The notes beneath the pieces were generated by a model. The model made no database searches. It saw nothing but the letters and a program-made list of their open reading frames with translations, and was not told the DNA's origin. Made by a program: the position numbers and the translations under genes. A stretch of 64,000 nt of DNA from Haliotis cracherodii (taxonomy: Eukaryota): contig NW_027266297.1 in NCBI RefSeq assembly GCF_022045235.1, forward strand, positions 53,196,001-53,260,000, read 5' to 3'. Every line of letters starts with the position of its first letter. The stretch's first letter is position 1. This document shows, piece by piece, positions 1 to 11,887 of this stretch.

Positions 1-1915
1 GCAGCAGGACATATTTCTCTTATCAAGACTTATTGTTGGCATTGTACAAGTCACTGAAACTGTAAACACCCCTTTTATGACCCCTTATAAAGCGGTCGCC
101 TCATCGCGGCGATTACATATTGGCTTTTCTAATTCGTTTTTGTTCTGTCTTTGTTGCATTGTTTTAGATCGTTAATACAGATTTATTAATAGACTGAAGC
201 AACAGAGAGCACGCATACTTCGGCTGTGTATACAAGAAATGGTTCTTATTAAGAGTATCTTTATTGTGTCATGTATAGGTTTTTAATACTAATTATCAAA
301 AAGGACCTTCCTTTGCTTAGTAACTATGACTAATATATAACCAACCCACACAACAACACACGACCTATCAAACAACCATAAAATATTTTATATAATCAGT
401 CAACAATAGAATGCTTACAATTAATTATCAATTATTGGACTTATTATTTGTTTACAATCAGTTATAGACGTTCATATAAGAGCATCAGCTGAACATGATA
501 TAGAATTGTTACACAAGATATTACATTAGTCACAATACATATCCAAGGTACACAACGTGACACAGAAGTTAACATATGACCGAAGATAGTATACCCAACA
601 CACTGTAACCAATACATTACCTGAGTGGGAATTGACAGAAGATATATACTAGCTCAGCCACAATACATATTCCAGAAGGTAAACAGTGTCATAATTGACA
701 CAATCTATTCACCGCAGTATTACAATGGGAATATCTAAGATATACACACAAGTATGACATTTTCAATTACCAAATAAACTTGCAGGTGATAACATATTTG
801 TCAAATTTTGTCTATTTTCCCATATCCATAATTATTTGGAAAAGGCAATTAAAGGTAACACCAGTGTTTAGTACAGTATTCGTTCACGGTAGAAACTAGT
901 CGATCACCAAAGTCACCAAAACGAAGCATTTCAGTGTTGATTGAACATTATCAGAAATCAAACGTGACCAACTTGCCTACAGCATGTGAGTAGGTGAGTG
1001 TGTGTGCCTGTTGTATCACAACGTACCAACCAACTCCAAAGCCTGACATTCTGTCACTTTGTAGAGTTAAGATATAAATATACTCTTCTCAGTGCACACA
1101 GTTCTTAACCTATGCATAAATTATATGGATGGTTTTGCACAATTGGTATTCACATAGCGGCATCAAACTAAATGTCACAATCTATCTACAGTAACACTTC
1201 TATTTATCAGTCACTTTTACTTCCTAATTTCACCATCGTGATATGGATGCAATGTAAAATTTTAGCTCACTTACTCTCTTCTTATTCATTGCAGTTTATA
1301 TGTTTCGCCCTCCAAAGGCAAATAATGTCATGAGACTCGATAGAACATTTAAGCCGACATGAATGAGGGGATGTTGTTTATAGCCACAGTCCGCTTATAA
1401 TGGCGACCTGTAAATTAATCTGGCAGAAAATAAAAACAAGGCAGGTAACAAGTCAAGGCCACCCGATCATAGCAATCGTTTCGTTTGGTCTTTACAATAT
1501 TTGCATATACGATTTTGTAAAGTTGTTACAGCTCCAGTAAATCTACCAACCTCTACTTCTAATGGCTAATTTAAAATTCCACATATACAAAGAGCAGTGG
1601 TATCCTAAGAATCTAAGCATTGCTGCATGTCAACATTGCATACCTAGTAACTGATAGCGCTTCGAATACAGTGATAAGATAAGTCGTCCACACACGACGT
1701 CGTGTAAACAAAGTAGGTCGGGTTTTCCATATGAACAATGCCACCAGCAAAACACGATTAGGACCTCAGAAAGAGTCAATACAACCGGTAGATCGCGACA
1801 TGTTGATATATATATATGTGTTTGTTGTGTGTGTGTGTTGAATTAGATTCGGTATTGCCTGTACCTCTAGGCGACAGAGGACCACATCAACTGTAAATGT
1901 GAGAGACCTTGCAAC

Positions 1916-4900
1916 ATGCAAACAGTAAGTATCTGGATTTTCAATCCATGCATAAAATACACCTAGCAGCGTTTATAGAGCTTATGGTCTTGTTTAACTA
2001 AATAAGTTAAAATAATTATCCAGTATGGCATAACCGGCAGTCAATTATGATTAATTAGACAGTAATTTAGCAGTGCATTGTCCGATCATGATAACAATGT
2101 TTTGAATCCTTGAGTTTTGCATAATACAATAGGCTATACGGAGATGGAGATTTAACATTTTCATTTTCTTTGCAAAATGTTTTATGAAACGCTAAGGTAG
2201 CTAATGGAGCGAAATGGGCCCAGTTTGACGAAAATCCGATATCACTTTGTTATTACTTTTGTTTTGATGGTATTAATAAAAGAACCAAGGCTGCGATCAT
2301 GCATTCTTTAACCCATTTGCAAATACGTCACATCCTCATCAATGCCATATTAGGTGATTAAAATTCTGATATCCACAGAATAAACATGTCTCCTCGCGAT
2401 AAGCTACTACAAAAGGTAATAGATCAGAGGCACCTAGTTAGCGTAACGCATAACCTATGCAACACAGGTCCCGGCATAACTCTTACATCGTGTCTATCTA
2501 AACTCCTAGAGAAAATCATTTTAAGTAGAATAGAAACATATACACCCAGTAATCTCCAATCATTCCCCGATGCTTTACAATTTGGTTTCAGAAAGGAACA
2601 TGGAGCAATCATGTCTGTATTCACCGTTTTAGAATGTGTTAATTTTTACCTAGAAAGAGAATCACAAGTGTTTGCTGCATTTTTAGATAATAAAAAAGCT
2701 TTCGATCGTATTTGGCACGACGGTCTTTTTGTTAAATTACATGACCTTGGTGTGAAAGGTAAATTATGGAACTTACTTTTCCATAGCTATACAGACAGCT
2801 GTACTTTTATATCCTACAACGGAGAAAGATCTGATGAGTTTCCAATTAAACAAGGTGTTGGGCTAGGTCGAGTTATGTCAGCATGGTTCTTTCTCGTTTT
2901 CATAAATGACCTTATATGTAAACTAAGGAAAGCAAATGATGCCTCTCTGTTTATGGCATCTATATACCCTGTGTGTTATTGGCCGATGACACAACGCTCT
3001 TGTCTACAACCCCACGGGGCTTACAGTCTTCCCTTGATTCAGTTCGTTTATATGCCAACAAATGGAGACTCACCTATAATGCCTCCAAGAGTAAATCACT
3101 TGTATTCTGCAAAACACGCCAGCGCGTCATAATAAAGTAACCTACAAATTTGGCTATGCAATAATTGACACTTCCGACTCATAATAATAAACGAATAATC
3201 ATAAACAGTAATTTATCCTGTAAAGAAAGAATCATGACATGTTGCTCAAAAGCAAGAAAAAGTGTTAATTCACTACGGTCACTCGGCCTCAACGACTCAG
3301 ACCTACACCCAGTTGCATGTGTCAATATATAGAAAAGAATGATTTTATCTACAAGCTTTTAAGGATGTGAATTGTTATCAGCATTTTACGGTAAAGAACT
3401 TGAAATGATTGAATGTACACAACGTTACTTTGCTCGTCATATACAAGGATTTGGTAAAAGACATCCAACCGATTCGTCTATTTCTAACTTGGGAATGTGG
3501 TCAATGAATGGCAACATTGATAAATGTAGACTACAATTATTAGGAAGGCTCTGCAATAACGATTGTAACTCAATAACAAAAGACCTATTATGTGCTCACA
3601 TTGCTACCAACGCTATTGTCAATATTAGCCGTCCAGTAAGCATATGCAACATCCTTCTCTATACTGCTAAAAAATACCATTTGGATAACTATATAAAGGG
3701 ATATACTGATAGCGGTTCGTTCCCAACAAAATCGGCTTGGCGAGCTCTTGTAATCAGGCGTCTATCAGAGAATGAACAGTACATCTGGAGAGAGAGACTA
3801 GCACAGAGACCGGATCTTTCACGATACCATAAAATTCATAAACAGTTACAAATGCATGTTCTTTATGATGTAATGTATCTCTATCAACATCTAAGACAAC
3901 CCCTGCAACTTTGTATTAAAATCGGATCAAGAGCAAAAGTGTCGAAAGAATGTAACCATTGCAATAGATATTGCTATGACTATGATTGCCATATTATTTT
4001 GCACTGTGAAATGTTTATGCCTGATTGATAAACTTGATGTAGATGTTTTCGTGAAAATAGATATGCTTGACGATGGTGATATGCTTTCATTCTTTCTCGG
4101 TGCAGATGTCCATGACTTGACTAACGAACTTGATTACGATACTTGGCAAAGCATCATAATGACTTTCTGTCACTTCATATGGAATTAAAAGAAACACCTT
4201 ATGTATATCTACCAGACACTTTACTGCTCTCAAAATGTACATCGTAAATTATTTATTCATAGCAGTGTATAACATGATTTCATTGTATAAAGTCAAGTAA
4301 TTTCATTGATGTATTGTAAATAATGTATTTGCCCATGTAAAATCTTCGGATTCAACTCTGGAGGAAATAAAGAAATTCATTCATTCATTCATTCATTCAT
4401 TCATTCATCAATGCCATGTCCCTCATTAATAGAAACTGTTGCATCCAAGGTTATACGTATGACATCTCACAGTTGCGGATACTGATTCTTCAAACTTTAA
4501 ACTATAACTCCTTTCTGCATAACGTTTACCTGCATATCTTTGCAACTGCTAGGTCGCGATCGTGAAACAGGAAAGCAACAACAACCATTGTCAACAGAAG
4601 AAAATACATGTAGTGGAACAATGCAAACTTATAATAAGTGATAATGTGTCTGATTTGTGAAATTTGTTTTTTCGTTTGCGTAAGCCTTTTTGACTTCTCA
4701 TGAAAACTTGAGATCATAACTAATCTATCCTAATGTTTATTTTCAGCAGGGCTTCTTTGTGTCTGCGGTCATAACTATCCTAACAGGTAAACCTCATTTA
4801 TCTCATTTCGATACAAAATCTTGACAGCGCCTTTATATTTACTTTATGATAATGTGACATGGGGCTAATTGTAATCACTATTTTGTAGGTGGAACATTGG

Positions 4901-5945
4901 CCCAGAATGGGTGCAACATTAAATGTGCAGACTGCATTAGAAGTCGTTGTAGAGAGTGCTACTATGGGTACTGGGGCTCCGACTGTACACACAACTGTGT
5001 GAACTGCTGGGCTGGAGGGTGCAACAAACACACGGGCAAATGTGTCCAGTGTAGCCCTGGGCGGTATTCTACAGACTGCAGTAAGCTGTGTCCCCACAAC
5101 TGTAGATATTCAAGTCACGACAAGGTCACACACTGTGGGCGTTCTGAAGGCAGGTGTTTGGAGGGGTGTAAAGAAGGTTGGTGGGGGACGACATGCGGAA
5201 TGCCGTGCAGTACAGGGTGTAAATCTGCTTGTTATCAGGCGGACGGGGACTGTATTTCGGATTGTAGACCCGGCTGGTATGGTATGCGGTGTGACACACA
5301 GTGTTCTATGGGCTGCTTGTCAGGCACATGTGACTGGTTAACTGGCGTCTGTGTTGGCGGTTGTAAGAACGGTTATGATGGACCAAACTGTGAGGACATA
5401 TGCAGCAAAAACTGTCAATCTGCATGTCAATATGACGAAACATCTGACGGACTGTACTGCTCTGCTGGCTGTCGTGATGGGTGGACATCAGTCTACTGTA
5501 ATGAAACATGTGGGAGTAGATGTCACGTGTGTCCTCAACACAGCGGAAGCTGCACAACATGTAAGACTGGCTATTACGGCAAATCTTGTCAGCTGACATG
5601 CCCTGAGAAATGCAAAGCCTGTGATCAGACATCCGGCCTGTGTACAGAATGCATTGAAGAAAAAGTATGTGACAAACATGCCAGGTCTTACGAAGAAGCG
5701 GGGTACGGTGGAAACAGTCCAGAAGAAAACGATGTAGTGGAATCCTACAATTCTGCAGAGGGTAAGTTTTTGAGATAAAATGTATCTAATTCATAGTAAC
5801 ATAAGATATTTACAATTTCAAGAACATATATAATTCATGCTTGTATACCAACTGTTTTTGTATACTTTCAGGGCACCAAGACGATTCACGAAGATTGTTT
5901 ACTGGATTGATTCTGCTCTTTACATTTTGGACAAAATATCGTTAA
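1916..5945 (+). CDS. Gene 1: multiple-EGF-like cysteine-rich cell-surface protein (MEGF10/SCARF-like), probable GPI-type or tail anchor
   Basis: Predicted exons: 1916-1924 (MQT|gtaagt), 4747-4786 (QGFFVSAVITILT|gtaaac; NAGNAG alternative acceptor at 4750), 4889-5761 (EGF repeats CxxG[WY][WY]GxxC, ag|...|gtaagt), 5872-5945 (GHQDDSRRLFTGLILLFTFWTKYR*). Phases 0,1,1 are consistent. The spliced N-terminus MQTQGFFVSAVITILTGGTLA looks like a signal peptide. Confidence 0.8.
2349..4404 (+). mobile_element. 5'-truncated, degenerate non-LTR retrotransposon (RTE/L2/CR1-like RT) in intron 1 of gene 1
   Basis: RT motifs QFGFR, FLDxxKAFDRIWHDGL and QGV (ORF 2386-3132, then frameshifted). C-terminal CxxC..H..C (ORF 3372-4028). 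AATAAA followed by an (ATTC)n tail. 13-bp TSD TCATCAATGCCAT at 2336-2348 and 4405-4417. Confidence 0.9.
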
Positions 5946-5968
5946 GCCAATCAGTGATTTATGTTTTT

Positions 5969-7431
5969 GTGAAAACCTATCTCCTCTATTATTCTCAATT
6001 TTCATACATGACGTGGAAACCTTTTTGCTTTCATCTTGGTGTGGAGGAGTTAATTTCAACTATGATGAAGATAAAGACTTAATTGTATAGATCCAATTCA
6101 TAATTCTATTGTATGCAGATGATGCTGTATTATTTGATGAATCACCAGAAGGTTTACAGAAAGCCTTGGACACTTTTAATGAATATTGTGAAGAGTGGAA
6201 ATTACATGTAAATATAAATAAAACAAAAATTGTGATTTTCGGTGGTGGCCCATCGAAAAATTCGAAACATAAATTTCACTATTCTAATAAAACTCTAGAT
6301 ATTGATGACACTTATACGTATTTAGGAATTGTAGTTCACAGGAATAGAAAACTAGTATCAAGTTTTAAGTCCCTCAGTGATAATGCATTGAAAGCAATGT
6401 TTTGCCTGATAAAAAAATCAAGAAATTTAAATTTACCTTTGGACTGTGTATTATCAGCTTTTGATACGATGGTATTACCAATATTAACTTATGGTTCAGA
6501 AATCTGGGGCTTTGAAAATTTAGAAATTATAGAAAGAATACACCTCAAATTCCTCAGACTTATCACATGATTAAGAAATTCAACTCCTCGTTATATGATA
6601 TATGGCAAATTAGGTAGGCTACCTTTAAGAATAATAATTTGTAAACGAATGATATCTTTCTGGCACAAATTAACATATCAAACTGGTGTGTATAAACTTT
6701 CACAGCTGTTATATCAATATGTGTCAATTAATGGGAACAAGACTATTGCATCAACAAATCCCTGGGTTAGATGTGTTATGGATATATTAGACAGTATTGG
6801 ATTATCTTATGTATTTAACAATCCGTCAATCTGCACAACAAAGTGGCTAGTGTCAGAAGCAGAGCAAATACTTAAAGATCACTGTTTTCAGAAATGGAGA
6901 AGTGACGTTAATTCTGGTTCTAAAGGCTTATACTGTAAACATGTTTAACGACACTCCGGTTCTCGATAAATATCTACTATTGCCAAAAAGAATAGCAATC
7001 CCAATACTACGATTTCGAACCTGTAATCATAATTTACCTAGTGAGACTGGCCGATGGAAAAATATTCCAAAGGAAAATAGAACTTGTAAATTATGTAATT
7101 CCCCATCTATTGCTGATGAATTTCACTACTTATTCAGATGTAATTATTTTAAAAGAGAGAGGCGAACATTTCTCTCACCATATCATACTGAATGGCCAAA
7201 TATTACAAAATTTGTAAAACTCTTTATCAACAACAAACACACAGGATCTAAAAAGTTTATCGAGATTTATTGTAAAAATGTCCATTAGTATTAAAAATGC
7301 TAGGTAATCACATGTTGTTATTAATTGCCATCTTGTCTGCTTTTTGTACATATGCATAATTATTTAATGTAATATGCTCTTGTACCACCATTTGTGGTTT
7401 CTGAGAATAAACTGATTCTGATTCTGATTCT
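5969..7431 (+). mobile_element. 5'-truncated non-LTR retrotransposon (RTE-X/L2-like) inserted just after the gene 1 stop codon
   Basis: ENLSPLLFSIFI, YADD, YLG, YGSEIWG, YGxLGRxPL and RxCxLC..DEFHYLFxC motifs, broken by stops and frameshifts. AATAAA at 7406-7411 and an (ATTCTG)n tail. Confidence 0.9.
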
Positions 7432-7804
7432 GTGTGAGAAGTATGGCACGTCCAATTCAGAAAAACGAATACCAACGTCGTACATATCTTGAAATATTAA
7501 TACCCTTTCTAACTATACAGGCTTAATATTACGATAACTGGAATGTGTTGAGTATTTGTAAGTGGTAATTGTGCCTTTCACGTAACATTGCAGGCCTTAC
7601 AAATTCACCACTTTGGTAAAACCAGTGATCACGGACAGGTACAGACCAACCGAAAACTATAATCATGGCAATTGTGGGATTTGAACTTCTGTCTTCCCCA
7701 AGGGACGTAACTCTGCACAACGAATTCCGAACCGCCTTCGCGGATTGTAACAGGAAGTGACATATAGCTGGAGGCTTGCGATATCCTTCTATAACAGCTT
7801 CATG

Positions 7805-7980
7805 AAAATTTGGGGATGGACCCTTTAGAAAAGACGTAGGCATCTCTACGGGCACCAACTGCTCTCCCCTCTTTGCTGATCCTTTTCTTCATCAGTATGA
7901 ATAGGAATTTCTGCTCGGATTGGCAAAAATAAAAACAAGGCAATTTGGCCAAGAACTTCACGTAAGCTTTACATCTATGA
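7805..7980 (+). mobile_element. Penelope-like element RT fragment
   Basis: Translates FGDGPFRKDVGISTGTNCSPLFADPFLHQYE*EF, matching the Penelope RT motif GIPMGTNCAPLLADLFL..YE. Confidence 0.7.
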
Positions 7981-9094
7981 GCTGATATCGTCCGATGGTA
8001 ACCAAGAGTCTCCCAAGCAGGTATTGATACCAGATCATATTTATAATTTTTTTTTAAGCACTGTATTTATTATTTATTACAATTCCTGATTTGAAATAAA
8101 TATTTGCCTAACTGTACAGGTATATTCTAACAAGCTTCTCAAATGTTATAAGAACGATATTTACTGCTTTTGACTGGCGCTGGTGGCAAAGGGCTGTATG
8201 CAGTTGTATTTGTCAACGACGAGGCCCCTTTATATGTGTGGAAATATTACAAATATACTAATATTGTATGCATATTTAAGACATTCCTGTTGAATTTCAT
8301 TATTTGGAGATGTATTTGAATAAAACACCACATATTGATCTGTATTTTTGTTATAATCACCAGAGTAACTATAACTAAGAACCACTATTCCATGAACAAA
8401 ATATTATCTTTTAATGGTATCTCTAGTAAAAAATTAACTAAGATATTACAATACATCTATCAAAGTCTACGAGTGCGTAGTAAACTACTTAGTAAATCCG
8501 ATATGCCCAGAAATAATAAGTTGTTTTGAAACTTTCCCATCTAGATCAGGAGTATCTACATTTCATTTTTGTCTGTTTGTTTCTACTAGAAATGCATATA
8601 CATTTTAATTGTCTAATTGTCCTGACATGATGAGTATATTTCTGATAGATCCTTCTGTATTGAATGTCGCGCTATGGCTGAAAGCCTTTGCGACGTAAAA
8701 CTTCATATTTCCATTCCATTCCTTTGGTATTCCTTTTGTATTTTTTCTTCTACTGCTGCCACTGTGGTTTTTACCAATGTTATTACAATACCTTTATTAA
8801 ATGTCAAGTATCATATTAGTTATCAAATAATTATAAAATGCGCTGTACAGCTGTAAATAATATTGTTTATCTGTATGTGTATATGGGCCAATGGCCTTTC
8901 ATACAATAAAGATTGATTGATTGAGTATCCTTTCATTGCCTATTGCTTGGTGTTTCACACTGTACCTTGATGCGATGAGTGGATTTGTACGGTACGGTTC
9001 CTTAACTTACACCAACCATTAGCTCAAAAGTGTAAACTTATTTACAGATATAACATTACTTGAATAATTAACTTACATATCATTACGGATTATG

Positions 9095-9297
9095 TGCCTA
9101 TCGTAAAAGGCGACTAACGGGATCGGGCGGTCAGGCTCGCTGACTTGGTTGATGCATATCATCGATCCCAATGCCGTGGATCGATGCTCATGACATTAAT
9201 CACTGGATTGTCTTGTTCAGATTCGGTTATTTACAGACCGCCGTCATATTGCTGGAATATTGCTAAGTACGGCTTTAGATAACCAACCAACCAACCA
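9095..9297 (+). mobile_element. SINE-like family A copy (no tRNA head)
   Basis: CGTAAAAGGCGACTAACGGGATCGGG...GCTGGAATATTGCT...(AACC)n. Homologous copies at about 22005-22255 (+) and 23695-23933 (-); degenerate copies at about 13470-13680, 45415-45620, 51175-51260, 52330-52500 and 56020-56200. Confidence 0.8.
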
Positions 9298-9543
9298 TTA
9301 CAGATTAGGGTTTCTGTTTCATATATTGTTACCCCTTGTAATGGTGGGTTTGTATTAACATGAGCGAATAATTTATGATCACATTATGTCCAGGTTTCAC
9401 ATTCATAACGTAATTATACCCCTTGTGGGATTCCGTGTAAGAGGATATGCCCTCATTACCGAAATACGCTTGTGTTTGAGTCATTTAACATGGATAAGTG
9501 AGTGAGTGTATGTGTTAAGCAAACGATAACTTTGACAAAAATA

Positions 9544-11249
9544 TACTTAACCGCAAAAGAAACGTCACCCCAAGTAACATTGCATGAAAAGTTGTCATTT
9601 AAATATCTGGGTAATTTTTGGCAAAGTTTCTAAAACTTAACATTACCTTTTCCGGAAAAAATGAAATTTGATGATAAAAATCCACAAAGAGCGGATAACA
9701 TTCATTCGTTATTGAATAGCTACCACATGCCAAGATTGACAAGAAACCAGAGACACCAAGCCCTTCGGTGATTGCAAGCTGGACAAACCGCCCTGCAAGT
9801 AGCCAATGCATGTCAAGTCCACGTAAGGACCATATACAGGCTCCAGCAACGGTACCAGACCACCAACACTACAGATGACCGACCACGTAGTGGAAGACCA
9901 AGGGTCACCACCTGGGCAGAAGGACTGTGTGCAAAAACGCAACGGTAAAACGAACATGAAATGGACATGAAAATGCTGTGTTTCACGTGCAAGATGAACT
10001 TTAGATGTCACGTCACTGTGGTTTTCAGTTATAGTTGTGCTAAAGTTGTCAGGTTGAATACGGGAATTTAGAATAGAAACGTTGTTACAAAACAACATAG
10101 TAACTGAGTTCACATATAAAAGTAAACTTATCCACAATTAGTGGAGAAACAGTGTTCATTATAGAAGATAGTGTAATTGATAAGATGCATTAAAAGTATG
10201 AATTGTTTCAATTGTTTATTGTTTTGAATTTAGGGGTTCTTCACTACACCACCCGACGTCAGAATCGTAAGCAACTTCAAGATGAGACAGCATTTTCAAG
10301 ATCGCTTTGTTACTCCTGCGGAAACTGCTCAACAGACCATGGGGACTGACCAGCGACACATTAGTGCGTCGACGATTGACAAGCAGACACCTCCACTGTC
10401 ACAGGCCACATCAAGGACCCATTCTGACACCACGTCATCGCCGGGACCGTCTTCAGTGGGCAACATAGTACCAGCATTGGCGCCACCAGCAATTGAGAAG
10501 AGTCCTCTTCTCAGACGAGAGCCGTTACTGTATCTCAACAGCAGATGGCAGAGAGAGAGTCTGGCGACGCCGTGGGGAACGTTATTTATTCGGATGCTTG
10601 TGTTATTGTTAGAGACTCGTGGGGTGATCCGAGCATCATGGTGTGGGGTGTAATTGGTCTTGTACAGAGGGTCGGCCCTGGAGTCTTCCAGAACATCGGT
10701 CCAGGGAGAGGCAATGGTGTCACAGCAACTCGGTACATTGATCAAGTCTTGAGACCACACGCAATACCGTATTTGGCACGTTGCGAGTTTCAGCATGATA
10801 ATGCCCATGCCTACACTGCGAGAGCAACAAGAAACTTCCTCCAGCAGAATGGCATCAGAACCATGCAATGGCCTGCCCTCAGTCCCGAATTAAATCCCAT
10901 TGAGCACATGTGGGACGAGATTCAAAGACGACTGAATGACGTCCGACCAAGGCCGACAACTGCAGCTGAACTGCATCAGGCGCTCCTCAGAGTGTTGGCT
11001 CAAGTGCCTGTGGCCTTCATCAACCGCCTCATCCATATCACGCACATGGCGGACTCACGAGATACTGACTTGTGATGCCATTTATCAGAGACTAGTGTTG
11101 TGTTTCGCTTTAAGAACATTTGACACTTTAATTTCAACCTTGATGAGCAGTTGTGCCAAGTTTCATCTTTTTAATATGTCTCAAAGTATGTTTGGACAAA
11201 TAAGGTTCTCATATACTATCCATGGTGACGTTTTTTTTGCGGTTCAGTA
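9544..11249 (+). mobile_element. Degenerate Tc1-family DNA transposon
   Basis: About 26-bp TIRs (TACTTAACCGCAAAAGAAACGTCACC / GGTGACGTTTTTTTTGCGGTTCAGTA) flanked by TA. Transposase fragments MPRLTRNQR.., FSDES, FQHDNA and WPALSPELNPIEH. Frameshifted, with an unrelated insert at about 9925-10235. Confidence 0.9.
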
Positions 11250-11887
11250 TACTTTCTATTCTCAAATTTAGCCAACATGGACTTTTTTGTTACTGTTTAA
11301 GATAGCACCACACATATATGACTGGAACCGCACAGTTACACGTTCCAATCATCTGCTCACCATTCTGGAGTAAAGATGTCAGTCTGTCCTACTGTTGCAG
11401 AAGATGGCGATGGTCAACACCTGGATAATTACATGGACAATGTAATTATTTCCTGATAACGGAAGTAGTCTTAAATTATTGTATCGACAAAGATTAGTAA
11501 ATATATAACTCAGAGGTCTTAAGCCAGTAGACGAAGAGAAATGTTTAATCCTCATCTACAACTTCGACACAGACACAGATATGTTTTGTCTCGGTTTCTG
11601 TATGCAATTTATCCCCGACCAGACATTCAAGTCACTAAAACGTGTGCACAGTTAACAGGAAGCAGCAAGTGAAATCGCGTCAGTGTTATTTCCGTTTTGC
11701 CTGACAGATAGCCTGATATTGAAATCGCAGGTGTTGATTCGAAGACACATGTAAGTATGAGCATGCTTGTCGATGTTTCATATAAACTATTTAACAGAGT
11801 ATAACCAATGATAACACGAACAATACAATACAATAGTGTCAAAACAACTGTTGAAATATATGTATATGTTATTTTAGGACATCCAGA

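Noticed and set aside
560-800. Similarity to about 44570-44740 suggesting another gene duplicate
   Set aside because: No exon signal; more likely two copies of an unclassified dispersed repeat.
4798-5679. Overlapping and antisense ORFs over the EGF exons (also 12295-13077, 20305-21196, 41106-41810, 53191-53908, 62587-63335)
   Set aside because: Shadow frames of TGT/TGC/GGN-rich coding sequence; no splice or domain support.
4897-5778. Using ORF-track starts and stops as gene boundaries, or assigning the symbols MEGF10 or SCARF1
   Set aside because: The ORFs are internal exons that run into introns, and orthology cannot be established (no EMI domain, no NPxY).
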